Numbered from the stretch's first letter, positions 41,995 to 56,068 are shown. The stretch: DNA of 64,000 nucleotides from Eledone cirrhosa (GCA_964016885.1 OZ024745.1:112282001-112346000); one strand, 5' to 3'. The notes: generated from the letters alone by a model not told the origin. A program made the numbers and translations.

Positions 41995-43500
41995 AGTTTT
42001 ACTTAACTTAGACTTAGAGGCTCCCCCATCTTGAGACGCACCAGGCAACCAAAGTGCTCCAGTGACCACGGTCGGTTGCATCTATCAACATATCGTTCAA
42101 ACTTTTGTTGACGGGTTTCATATCCCTGTCGATTATCTGTCGCCAGTTCATCTTGGGACGCCATCTTTGCTTCTTTCCTTGGGGGTACCAATACAAGCAT
42201 GCCTCTCACTTGGGAGTCGTGTGACATGTCCCAACCAGCCAAGTCGACGCTTACACAACATGTTATATACACGTAGGTTTTGTAGTATGCCAGTATCTCG
42301 TCTAAGCTGTTTTTCCTGGTGATTGATGTTCATGATTTGCTCTAGGTATCGCATCATGAATGTATATAGTTTTATATATATTTGCAGTATATTGTCTATG
42401 TCACCGATCCATATAATATATTGGAATATTACTATTGCTCGATAAATTTTGCACTTCGTTTATGCTAAGGCATGCTTGTTGTTCCAACTTTTCAACCGTC
42501 TTCAATCCGAGCTAGTCCTTGCTTATCAAGTGATCTATTTCTTTACTTATTGTACTGCCCAGATTCGTAAAATGTCTTACTTCTACCACCTCATGTCTCT
42601 CGGTTATGATTGGTTCAAGTTATGTTACGTGATTCGGACATAAAATTTGACTTATAAAGAACTTTAATCTTCTGGGTGCTAAGTATCAAATCAAACATCG
42701 TGCCTAATAGACACAGAATTCTCTTGGCTCTGCATGTTCTTTGCAGTTTTGTAGTCAAAGGCTTAATAGTTAATCCAATCCAATCCAATCCAGGGCATTC
42801 TCACTCTTTTTGGAGTAACCCTTCTATGGTTGAATCCTACCGCTTTCTGTTTGGTTTTGGTTATGTCAGGAGTGTAGCAGTACTAACCATGATTGGTCAG
42901 TTGTGGGTTGATGAGGCTATTTAACCCATAGTTGGGATGTATAGCCATTGACTCTAAGGAGTACAACCCCTCTTTTAATAGTAAGTAAACAATAAATCTC
43001 CCACTAACATATATTGGTTTTAGCTATGAGGTACAGCGCCTAAATGGATTTGCAGAATATCTCGTAGAACATCACTGACAAATAGAGAGAGACTAATGTT
43101 AGTGCTAGTACACAGGCCTGCTTGACATCCACTTTAACATCAAACTGTACAGAGTTGGATTTCATCAGTGTGACCCAAGCCTTCACGATAATATGTAGAG
43201 AGATTATCGTATGAGAGGACTTACTTCTATGCGGTAGAAATATATAAAGGGAAAAGGTTGACAAATAAAACAAAATAAAGTAATGTTTTACCCAGTATAT
43301 TATTTCAACATGATATTTCAGGAGTATTACCCTCTTTTCAAATGTAGAACGAAAACGGTTCAAAACAAAAACGAACGATTGATGTGTTCTTCCCTAACTG
43401 GTGTTGTACTCCTAACTATTTATTACAGGCTTCACTATTTTACTGTATTGATTGCTTTTGCGAAGTCAATGAAGATTATCACATGCAGGGCTACACTCTT
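41995..43500 (-). pseudogene. Decayed RTE-clade LINE with a secondary insertion
   Basis: DVKQACVLALTLVSLYL (RT motif GV.QGC.L.P.LF), RRLGWLGHVTRL, YWYPQGK..RWRPKMNWRQIIDRDMKPVNKSL...DATDRGHW; homologous to 18646-18903; many stops; unrelated insert at ~42770-43040. Confidence 0.75.
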
Positions 43501-43614
43501 GTTCAGTATACATAAACACATATGCGAAAATACATACGTCTACATATGCGTACACACATTTATACAAACATGTAAGCATCCATCCACCTATCCATACATA
43601 CATCTGTCTCTCAG

Positions 43615-44731
43615 TTTCTGTGGAAGAAGCAGGCTCCGCTGGTGAGGAGATCCGTCTACTGTCAGCACCCTTCCAACGGAGGGCTGGGAATGCCGTGGCT
43701 GATGATGCGCAAACATGCGCTGAGGCTGCGGCATCTCCAGGTATTCCTCACCGACCCCCAACCGGTGTGGGCACCGTTTGTGAGACAGGCTTTCCCACAG
43801 CTTGTCTCGCTGACGGAGCAAGCGGGCACAGCAATCAGTGGAGATTCCACTTCGACATTCTATAGAGGGATTGTACGTTACAAGGGCGACGACGTGCTCG
43901 GAGAGACTCTGGGCGTCGAAGACGATGAGCTTACCAGTCTGTTTGGTAGGACTTTCCGCCCGGGACCTATGGACAACTTCCAGAAGTCCCTGGCCTAGCA
44001 GTGCTACCGAGGAGCTCTACTGGTTCGTGACAAGATCTACAGGCACGGACACCCCGGCGGGGATCCTTCCAAGAGGACGTGTCCAAGATTCGCGCAGGAC
44101 ATTGAAACAGTCCTGCACGCAATTGTACACTGCCCCGGCGTAACCGACCTGTGGAACTATGCAGAACTACTGCTGTCGCGTATGGTACAAATCCAGCTGA
44201 CTGCCGAGTCCATAGTAAGGATTAAACCGCCAGCCTCTTTCAAAAACGAAAGAGAGGCGGTTTTCCTCTGTACAGTGGCTATGGTGAAAGAAGTTATATG
44301 GTGGACGAGGTTGAGAGGACTGAGGACAGATGCCTTTCTCTCCGGACAACAATTGATTCCCTTCTTTAAGTATCACTTTAGAAGGAAAATCAGAGTGGAG
44401 AGAGAGGCACTGCACCCCAGTAAATTTACTGAAAGGTGGGTGAATGAAGCGAAAATGGCCCGAGTGATTGGGCCTTCTCTGTTTATAAGCCTGTAGGTTA
44501 AAGAGGAGAGCAAAAGGAAGAAAGGAGCACTTGCACAACACGCTCCTGAAGTTGAGGGTTGTTTTATCGACGGGGTATTAAACAACCCATTTGTGGCGCT
44601 TCCCCCCTATTGGGGATTTCGATTGTTGTAATTGTTTGTTTTATATTTTTTACACGACTGTATGTAAAATCCCCGGCATGTCTTTGTATTATCCCCTTTT
44701 CTTGTGCGCCCCTGTGGCTAATAAAGAAATC
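43615..44731 (+). pseudogene. Second L1/Tx1-clade LINE 3' fragment, diverged subfamily
   Basis: GGLGMPWLMMRKHALRLRHL, FRPGPMDNFQKSLA* and FFKYHFRRKIRVER align with the 708-aa ORF; internal deletion and stops; ends CCTGTGGCTAATAAAGAAATC then (TATC)n. Confidence 0.9.
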
Positions 44732-44734
44732 TAT

Positions 44735-44786
<52 letters not shown>

Positions 44787-44879
44787 ATATATATATAATC
44801 TATCGAACGATCGATCGATCGATATATATATATATATATATACAGATACATACATACACACACATACATACATATATAC

Positions 44880-44955
<76 letters not shown>

Positions 44956-44989
44956 TTATATATATATGTATATATATATATATATATAT

Positions 44990-45076
<87 letters not shown>

Positions 45077-45166
45077 ATCTATCGAACGATCGATCGATCG
45101 ATATATATATATATATATATATACACATACATACATACACACACATACATACATATATAGATATAG

Positions 45167-45236
<70 letters not shown>

Positions 45237-45252
45237 TTATATATAGATATAT

Positions 45253-45324
<72 letters not shown>

Positions 45325-45327
<3 letters not shown>

Positions 45328-45757
45328 AAAGTTTTATTTAAATTGTTGGGATACAACAAGCAAATATTTTTATAACTGATATAAAGCACTCAACAAATTA
45401 CTGGAGTAAAAATACGATATATTAACAAATGGAAACTATATTTATAAAACCATATTTATTTCATTATACATATTTCAAGGACACCAAGTCAAATTATGGT
45501 GCGCTTTCATCAGATAAAATATAATATAGATCAGAAATGCGACCATTTCTGTTGGAAGCTCCCGAAGCTCCGCGAGCTTCCAACAGAAATGGTCACATTC
45601 TTTAAGAGTCAATATGTCAATATTTATTCATAAAACTGATCTATATTATATTTTATGTGATGAAAGCGCACAATAATTTGCTTTGGTGTCCTTGAAATAT
45701 GTATAATGAAATAAATATGGTTTTATAAATATAGTTTCCATGTGTTAATATATCGTA
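45325..45757 (-). mobile_element. Fold-back hammerhead element, family B, with ~87-bp tail
   Basis: Tail 45325-45411; arms ~45412-45561 / 45574-45757; intact hammerhead at 45457-45521(-); the plus-arm core is mutated to GTGATGA (45657-45663). Confidence 0.9.
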
Positions 45758-46262
45758 TATATACATATATATATACACACATACATACATACACACATAT
45801 AAACGTACAAACTTCTATATGCAAGGTTAGATTTAGACCAACTGTTTCTTGAAACACAACTTAACAATGGTGCCACTTTAACCTTTCAATTTTCTAACTT
45901 TCACGACATTAATATATAAATGGTGAATGTGAAATAATAGATTAAAACATTACTTTCCTTCCAGGCTATTCCCGAGGCCAAATCCCTATTGCTTGTTTTC
46001 TTTTAAATTTTGTTTTATTTAACACTAATTACCAGTTTAAAATATAAGAAAATCTTTTATTGCTAGCTAGAGAAAGAGAATAAAGTGCAAATTGACAACA
46101 CTTTCTAGTCATTAGAAAATAAAAATAAAATATAGTTTACCTTTTGTACTGTGTTAAATCCAACAGTGGAAAAACTCTCGTGCTCTAAGCAAATAGCAAA
46201 TTGTTTAATGGTTCATCTGGGCCTGCACTCATCTATCAAAAGCAATAACAAACAGTCAAACT

Positions 46263-47160
<898 letters not shown>

Positions 47161-47210
47161 ATATCACTTAAGAAACAGAGAATCAGTGGTGCGACGAATA
47201 AGATTTATTA

Positions 47211-47305
47211 GACATATTACAATCGTTTCTCTGGCGACCAGCTCGAGGCACGAGCGATGCAATGATCAAACCTGACTCTGAAATCGCAAGATCCTCAGAT
47301 ATGTC
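47211..47305 (-). ncRNA. Type I hammerhead ribozyme with extended stem II, followed by AATAAA
   Basis: Minus strand GACATAT-CTGAGGA-TCTtGCGAT...GTCGCcAGA-GAA-ACGATTGT-A-ATATGTC-TAATAAA; 7-bp stem I, GUA triplet; at the end of a GC-richer island ~47164-47720 abutting (TA)n. Confidence 0.9.
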
Positions 47306-48794
47306 TCGATTCTACAAAGCAGAGTTTCCAAATGTCCAGTTACACCCGCGGCCTTCCCTCGGCAGCTTAGATCCTGTTTTCATTCTATGTGTGGTCAAGA
47401 ATTGTACACGTCATCGGTATTTTTGGCCACTCACGGCCGTCGTATATTTGGTTCCTTTCACTTGCCACCTGTCAATCAGAGTTGTTTCTTATATGGGGAT
47501 TACTACTGCAGGGGGTAAGGGGTTGTATGGTTGAACCGGTCGCGTCTTGTCGCAACCCTGCCGGCCTGAAGGCTCTCACACCCATGTCCATGCATCGCGC
47601 AGGCGTGTTAGGTATGGGCACTTGTACCCCCACACCAACCAGATACATACCCGCAACTGTCTTATATGCGACAATCACAGTAGATATTAAATGTTAAATG
47701 TGTAGCGAACACTTAGAAAGAAAAACCATTTAAAACATTTAAAAAAATCATTTAAAAAAACATTTAAAAAGACGTTTCATAAAAACACACCCTCAGAATA
47801 CTTTAAAAAACCCAAAATTCAAAAAGAAAACCTTATAAAAAGAACGTCTTTAAAAGAATTCTTGGAAGAGCTCTTCAAAAAAGTTATTTGAAAGGTATCT
47901 TTGATAAGTATACGCATATCCACATACATACACACACACTCTACTCAGTGAATCATATATACTTAAGACGCTGCGCACATATACAGAAGAAAAAATTGAG
48001 AATCTACACATAGATATGCATACACCTACACAGACATGTTCATACACTTAGATACAGCCGGACATGCATACACATGCCTGCATGCGTGTATGCGTGCGCA
48101 CACATGCATACATGTACCCGCGCATGGGCATACCTATACCTCTCAAAAAAGAGCACATACTTGATGATTAGCCACACATCCACACACACACACACACACA
48201 CACACGCAACTGTGCATACAATATTACATGAGACAACGTTCTTGAGGCTTGGACACAACCCATATTAGGCTGAAAGTGCACACACAATATGCATAAATGC
48301 AGTAACAACGTATTAGCCATGTATTAGTCACATATAACGTGGGCGGGGGGCACATATATAAAAATGCGTGTACGTACATAAAATAAAATAAAATAAAATA
48401 ATATAAAATAAAATAAGATACTGGAAAAAGGAATGTATACATGAAAAAGATGCAAAGGGGGTGTCTATTCCCGCCACCCGGACATTATTGGGATTTGCAT
48501 AAAGTTGCATAAAATACTTGAAGACTGTGATGCATAGGGTTATTTAAGCTAGAGGACTGACTGTCCAAAGGACTGGGTTTGAACCTGCACATCAACCATG
48601 CACATGAGACAGGTTTCATGACGGGTCGACACGTGTGTGTGTACACAAGCAAGTTATATATACTGTGAATGTTTAGAATAGTGTTTTCATAATATTTTGT
48701 ATGAGATGTACATGGAATGGATGCATCTATGGAATATATCAGGAATGTAATGAATATGTGTTTCATAACAGTCTATAGATGCATAAGTGGTGTA

Positions 48795-48826
<32 letters not shown>

Positions 48827-48829
48827 ATA

Positions 48830-49390
48830 ATAATAAATTTGAAGACTAAAATCCAAAGAGGGCTCGATAAGGATAAATATATATCAAATATATAATCTGT
48901 TATTTTAATAAATATATATATGTATATATAAAAGAGGTCGTAGACTAATGTTCTCTTAAGTGGTTCATAGAGACGTTCTCTGGCAATGAACGAAAAAAAC
49001 GAAGATAATACGTCATATGTGGAGCGTGGAGAACAATTGCACGCAAAGACAAAACCACGTAAATGGTATAGCAGAAGTCGTAGACTAAAATTCTAACTAG
49101 GAGACCGAATGAATCTTCCCGTTCTTTGCCAGGGAACGTTTCCACGAACCGAAGTATCGTCTTCCCGTCTTTCTCCGGTTGCAACGTTTTTTGAAATATC
49201 CACTTCTGCGTTTACAGATTGACTTTGTTAGTTTCAGAAGATCCCGTTAAGGGTGAAAGCAGCGATTCTTTGCTTAAACTTTAATCTGTTATTTTTTAAT
49301 AAATATTTGCTCTACGGTTCTTATATATTTGATATATATTTATCCTTATCGAGCCCTCTTTGGATTTTAGTCTTCAAATTTATTATTATT
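48830..49390 (+). mobile_element. Family C element with internal inversions and a complete hammerhead-like motif (CAGAAGA core)
   Basis: AGTTT-CAGAAGA(49235-49241)-tCCCgttaaGGGt-GAA-AGCA..TGCT-T-AAACT at 49230-49280; 48832-48892 inverted against 49324-49385; ~48965-49113 is the reverse complement of ~31833-31982. Confidence 0.8.
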
Positions 49391-49422
49391 ACTATATATA
49401 TAGTCTTCAATTTTATTATTAT

Positions 49423-49464
<42 letters not shown>

Positions 49465-50160
49465 GTACGTGTATATACATTGTGTATGTGTGTATACATT
49501 TTATTTCAGAAACATGTAGATGTATTAAATCAACCTTTGAGCACAAACAGCTATAATAAACGGAACAGACGCAAGATACATGCATATTTAACATGTTTTT
49601 ACTTTCTAAACACACAATTGGGACTTATTTAGAGTCTCTCTAGTAATATCAACGTGTTCATACCGCTTACATATACAAACAGAGATATTATGTAATAACC
49701 GTTACACATAAAAACAACAATATATATCAAATGTATTAATACACGTGTATACACTTCCATCAATAATTCAACCACTCGATACTTAATATCAATATATACA
49801 TAGATATATAAATACACAGACACATGCAGATGCATATATACAATCTCTATGCTTATACTGAAATATGTAGAATAGTTCATGCTGACATGCATATGAGTAT
49901 ACATTTATACAGTTCTTATATATATACAAGTAAATAACAGCATAAGAAGTGCATGTATATACACTTATCTTTGCTCCTTCATCCACTCACACCCACACAA
50001 AAACACTTAAGTGATACAGTAATGACCTTTCAATGTTACGGCAATTGGAGTCTGAAATTTAATTTATATGAATTTATATGAATTTATAATTTGTTTTTAT
50101 TTGTTCCTACACTGAGAAATGAAAAAGATTTTAAAAAATCTTATATATATATATATATAT

Positions 50161-50607
50161 ATACGATATATTAACAAATGGAAACTATATTTATAAAACC
50201 ATATTTATTTCATTATACATATTTCAAGGACACCAAGTTAAATTATGGTGTGCTTTCATCAGATAAAATATAATATAGAGCAGTTTTATAAATAAATATT
50301 GACATACCCTTAAAGAATGCGACCATTTCTGTTGGAAGCTCCCGGATAGTGGGGGTTATAAATTTATTTATTAAGGGTATGTCAATATTTATTTATGAAA
50401 CTGATCTATATTATATTTTATCTGATGAAAGCACACCATAATTTAACTTGGTGTCCTTGAAATATGTATAATGAAATAAATATGGTTTTATAAATATAGT
50501 TTCCATTTGTTAATATATCATATTTTTACTCCAATAATTTGTTGAGTGCTTTATATCAGTTATAAAAATATTTGCTTGTTGTATCCCAACAATTTAAATA
50601 GAACTTC

Positions 50608-50610
<3 letters not shown>
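50161..50610 (+). mobile_element. Fold-back hammerhead element, family B, two intact ribozyme motifs
   Basis: Arms 50161-50313 / 50371-50523; hammerheads at 50206-50270(-) and 50414-50478(+); tail 50524-50610; (TA)n on both sides. Confidence 0.92.
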
Positions 50611-50666
<56 letters not shown>

Positions 50667-50669
<3 letters not shown>

Positions 50670-51373
50670 AAATAGATTTAATTAATTTAAATTAAAGGAA
50701 TCATGTCCGAGACATGCGCCATTTCCACTGTAGAATAAGCTCAAAGATTCCAATGAATAGATCCGAGCATTTTATATCAACTAGAAATTGATTGACATAT
50801 ATATATATATTTAAAACACATGAAACAAACCCATGGGGTAATTTGTAAAGTGTGTAATCACACACAGCTAGGAAGGTAACTAATTAAAGTTTAACTAGAT
50901 CTTCAAATATTACCTTTTAAAAAATGATTAATCACACACAGCTAGGAAGGTAACTAATTAAAGTTTAACTAGATCTTCAAATATTACCTTTTAAAAAATG
51001 ATTAATCACACACAGCTAGGAAGGTAACTAATTAAAGTTTAACTAGATCTTCAAATATTACCTTTTAAAAAATGATTAATCACACACAGCTAGGAAGGTA
51101 ACTAATTAAAGTTTAACTAGATCTTCAAATATTACCTTTTAAAAAATGATTAATCACACACAGCTAGGAAGGTAACTAATTAAAGTTTAACTAGATCTTC
51201 AAATATTACCTTTTAAAAAATGATTAATCATTTTTTAAAAGGTAATATTTGAAGATCTAGTTAAACTTTAATTAGTTACCTTCCTAGCTGTGTGTGATTA
51301 CACACTTTACAAATTACCCCATGGGATTGTTTCATGTGTTTTAAATATATATATATGTCAATCAATTTCTAGT

Positions 51374-51380
<7 letters not shown>
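50667..51380 (-). mobile_element. Spacerless palindrome with five 74-bp tandem units in one arm and a one-sided tail
   Basis: Units start at 50855, 50929, 51003, 51077 and 51151; symmetry centre TGATT|AATCA at 51225/51226; 51226-51380 is the reverse complement of one unit plus 50773-50854; tail 50667-50772. Confidence 0.88.
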
Positions 51381-51411
<31 letters not shown>

Positions 51412-51415
<4 letters not shown>

Positions 51416-51690
51416 GATATTAAATAAATGGAAACTATATTTATAAAACCATATTTATTTATTTATCTGATGATAGCGTACCAAAAATTTTGGTACGTTA
51501 TCATCAGATAAAATACAAAATGTTTTATAAATATTTGACATGACCAAGGATGATATACCTTAACGGTTCAAGTTATCCCTGGAAAGGGATAATATCAATT
51601 GAATACTTACTCAGGAAACTGTCGAGTGCTTTGAATCAGTTGTAAACATCTATATTTGTTGGATTTCCAACAAATGAAATATCTCTTATA
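51412..51690 (+). mobile_element. Rearranged relative of family B
   Basis: AAATGGAAACTATATTTATAAAACCATATTTATTT shared with family B; local hairpin ATCTGATGATAGCGTACCAAAA/TTTTGGTACGTTATCATCAGAT; tail ACTC..GAGTGCTTTGAATCAGTTG. Confidence 0.65.
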
Positions 51691-51839
51691 CACACACATA
51701 TATATATATATATTATATATATATATAACAAATTTAATATAGGGAAAAGCGGACGTAAAATGATGATGATGATGATGATGAATGACCTCTACACGACTAG
51801 AACTGTTTAATTCGAAGGAAATCATCAGCATGATATATG

Positions 51840-52007
<168 letters not shown>

Positions 52008-52152
52008 GTGTGTGTGCGTGTGTGTATGTGTATGTGTGTGTGTATGTGTGTGTGTCTGTCTCTGTGTGTGTGTGTATATATATATTAGAATATATGTCTA
52101 GAATACCATAGTATTTAAAACACTCAATTCTGGCTGGTTGCAGATCTAACTT

Positions 52153-52248
52153 ATGTAACTTATGCATTTGTTGTTGTTATGGGAACACAAAATCGGATTT
52201 TCCTCTGAAGATACCGTTCTCATAACAACAACAAACGCATAAGTTACA
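52153..52248. repeat. Short fold-back
   Basis: TGTAACTTATGCATTTGTTGTTGTTATGGGAAC versus GTTCTCATAACAACAACAAACGCATAAGTTACA. Confidence 0.75.
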
Positions 52249-52406
52249 TCAAGGATTGCATAAGGGAACCGTTGAAATAATTATTATGAATAAACGATTT
52301 ATGTAACATCAGCATTTTTCTTAATGTTATTCATGTTATTCATACAAGCTACGAATGTAGAGAGCTTGCTTATGTGTGTGTGTGGCTGTGTAGTGTCTGT
52401 ATATAT

Positions 52407-52501
<95 letters not shown>

Positions 52502-52503
<2 letters not shown>

Positions 52504-53295
52504 ATTATATCTAAATGTTTCTTCTCTCTTCATAATGTATTTTTAACTCTGATACTGGTTCAGTCTGGTTCAAACTGAATTAGTCTGTCCCAGTCATTCA
52601 TTGAGCAACATCGGTGAAGTTGGCACCCTTAACTCACAGTTGGGTGCGGATGCATTCATGTATATATGTGTGTGTCCGCATGTATCTGTGTGTTTCTAAA
52701 TATATTAATAACTCCCTCTGGTCGAGCAATCTTTGAAGTGTGGGGACAACTGGAAAGCTTCCATTACTCATACTTCTCGCCTTCTTCACTACCTCTTCTA
52801 CGGCCTCGATATGAATACCCCCTCCGCCTCCGTGGTATTTTCTTCGTGGTTATAAGAGGCTTAGCTCTGTTTCTCGACCGTTATATCGCGTGACTGTCTC
52901 CCCCTCCGCCTTTTGGGATTCTTTCTCACGTCGTGTAGACGCGTTCTTGAGACTAGTAAAATGAGGTATCCTCTTGATAAGTCGGCAGACCTCGCAAGGA
53001 CTCTATATCTTTGATATATTGTTTTTGTTTATGCCACGAAACTACGTAGTCGAGGAATTTAGGAACAGTTTAGGTATGATACATTTTATTACTAATTATA
53101 TCTAAATGTTTCTTCTCTCTTCATAATGTATTTTTAACTCTGATACTGGTTCAGTCTGGTTCAAACTGAATTAGTCTGTCCCAGTCATTCATTGAGCAAC
53201 ATCGGTGAAGTTGGCACCCTTAACTCACAGTTGGGTGCGGATGCATTCATGTATATATGTGTGTGTCCGCATGTATCTGTGTGTTTCTAAATATA
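52502..53295 (+). mobile_element. Partial tandem element (591-bp unit, 203-bp terminal direct repeat) carrying a hammerhead; retrozyme/pseudo-LTR-like
   Basis: 52502-52704 recurs at 53093-53295; flanked by (TA)n; non-coding. Confidence 0.85.
52969..53056 (+). ncRNA. Type I hammerhead ribozyme with a U3-A8 variant core
   Basis: TCCTC-TTGATAA(52974-52980)-GTcGGCA...TGCCAC-GAA-ACTACGTAGT-C-GAGGA; stems I-III pair, GUC triplet. Confidence 0.8.
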
Positions 53296-53302
53296 AATAT
53301 AT

Positions 53303-53824
<522 letters not shown>

Positions 53825-55220
53825 AATATTAGGAGTTACCAGCTGTCGTGAAGAAATCCATTATAATATATGTGTGTGTGTCTGTGTGCGCGCGGTTATA
53901 TGTGTGTATGTGTGTATGTGTATACAGTAATAAATAAATGACAACACATATTGACATTATTTCTTCTTTACTGGGGCCCAGCTGCGAACAACAATATGCT
54001 TTACCATTTTGTTGCTAGCCCACCTGAGGTCTTTACCTGTTTTTTGATACAAAACTGTTCACTTTTTACGTGTTAAGATTAAAACCTTGCTTTTGTTAAA
54101 TCATGTTCCGAATTCCTAGATAACAATGCACAAGTTATTTATTTCCCTAAATTCCTCGATTATTTTTTATGGACAATGCATTTCATTAGAAATATGACCA
54201 CAGAAGAATTAACTAGCCACAAATATTAATACTTGAATACATTTGCCCTAAAGAATACATTTAGTCGAGATAATGACTTTTGGTTGTGCTGTCCCCTTAA
54301 AGGTTAGTGGTTTGTATTTTGTCACTGAAAGTGTCTCCAGTAAAGACATTTTTCTTTCAATGGCTCTCATTATCTAACTGTCAATAGATACTATGCAGTG
54401 ATAAGGAATAGTGCGGTATGTATGTAGTGGTTTCACTGTAAAATTGATGAATGTGCTTTCCATAGAAAACTGACAATTAACTACTGATTAACCAGTAATT
54501 AACCTCCAATTAATTGGTAATTAATCAGCCAAAAGTGGAGTCTGGTATTTCAGGAATCAGTTGAAGTGTGAGGGTGAAAGAATGTAATGGACTTGTATAA
54601 ACATGTCACGTTAATGAACAATGGGTCATACGAGAAACGGTAAGGTTAGATCTCAGTGATGGACAAAGTAACATAGGATTATGATGAATGGAAATATGTG
54701 TTGCGGATGAGACATCGAACCATGACACAAGCTAACATATATATATTACAATAATGGCAATGATGCTGATGATATTTTTATATCAGTAAACTAAGTATGT
54801 GTCAATAAACCAATGTAGGACCATCTACAGCGTCACCCAAATAATTAGAAATCACAGTTTCAGTTCTCTCAAATCCCTATATGATCTTGATTGGAACACA
54901 TTTGATCTTACGTTTGCCCAAGCAAAGTTGACTTAGGGTTAAACAACGACTATAAGTATGGGTCAAGCCCTAATGTGTATTAACTGAATTTGACTCAAGT
55001 CCAACAGGTGAGGCCAGTGAATTGGCAGAATCAATAGAACTTGACACACAATGCCTTGCAGTGTTTATTTTTCTGCACTCTGAGATCAGCTTTGCCATTT
55101 ATTCTTCTGAGAGTTGATAAATAAAGTACCTTTGAGCTTGCTGGGGGTTCATATATCGTTTCACCTCTCTATGTATAGTCTACTCATGCCTCCTTGATAA
55201 ATCGATAAAGACCATATATA

Positions 55221-55327
55221 GAAGAAGAAGAAGAAGAAGAAGAAGAAGAAGAAGAAGAAGAAGAAGAAGAAGAAGAAGAAGAAGAAGAAGAAGAAGAAGA
55301 AGAAGAAGAAGAAGAAGAAGAAGAAGA
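55221..55327. repeat. (GAA)n microsatellite between two degenerate SINE copies
   Basis: Directly visible; SINE remnants at ~55010-55150(+) and ~55380-55540(-). Confidence 0.9.
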
Positions 55328-56036
55328 GTGAACGAGAGAGAGCGCGAGCGAGAGAGCGAGAGAGGGGGGGGGGGGGAGAATCGATCCCAGTACTGGTCTG
55401 GTATTTTTTAGCGACTTTGAAATGATGAACGGTATGGTTTGTTTCGTTGGCTTTTGAACTCAAGAAGCGTAAATAACCGGAACGTATAACGCAAAGCATT
55501 CTATCCGACATTCTAACGACTTTCCCAGTGCGCCGCCTATACGGCTTAAATATACTATGGTTGAATCAAAATGGGAATAGTCTGCCTAATCTGGGATGAC
55601 TTAGGGTTAAACAACAACACAGCAAAAATAACAACAGGGAAAAAAACTATTCATCATGTGCTGTCTGTTATATATAATTAAGAATTAAGTCCGAAAGCCC
55701 GACTCAATTACACTGAACACTGAGATCAACTATATATTACAGATATAAGTCAATACATGTCCAAAGCAAGTATGAACATGCTTAACATTGTCATTAATAA
55801 TTTCTCTACATAAAAGATCAGCTTCCATCTGTGCTGACAGGAAATAAATAAGCCGGCAGATAAATATTCTCAAGATATATGTTATATTGCTTGCTTTGTT
55901 TTTCTTTTTCTAACTTCGTATCCGCGAGTGTCTACGTGCGTATGTACGTAGATGCATGCACACGCGCGCACACACACACACACACACATATACATACACA
56001 TATATATATATATATATATTTGTAAACACACACACG

Positions 56037-56068
<32 letters not shown>

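Noticed and set aside
43679-43690. CTGATGA in the Tx1 copies (also at ~34396 on the minus strand)
   Set aside because: Part of the coding sequence WLMMRK, with no hammerhead stems.
51240-51290. TTGAAGA plus hairpin as a hammerhead core in the 74-bp unit
   Set aside because: No GAAA follows the hairpin.
54143-54160. 15-bp inverted match to TCGAGGAATTTAGG just after the 53-kb hammerhead
   Set aside because: Similarity does not extend on either side; probably coincidental.
53925-54510. Possible decayed Helitron helicase 3' region
   Set aside because: Only vague peptide resemblance; no motif can be read with confidence.
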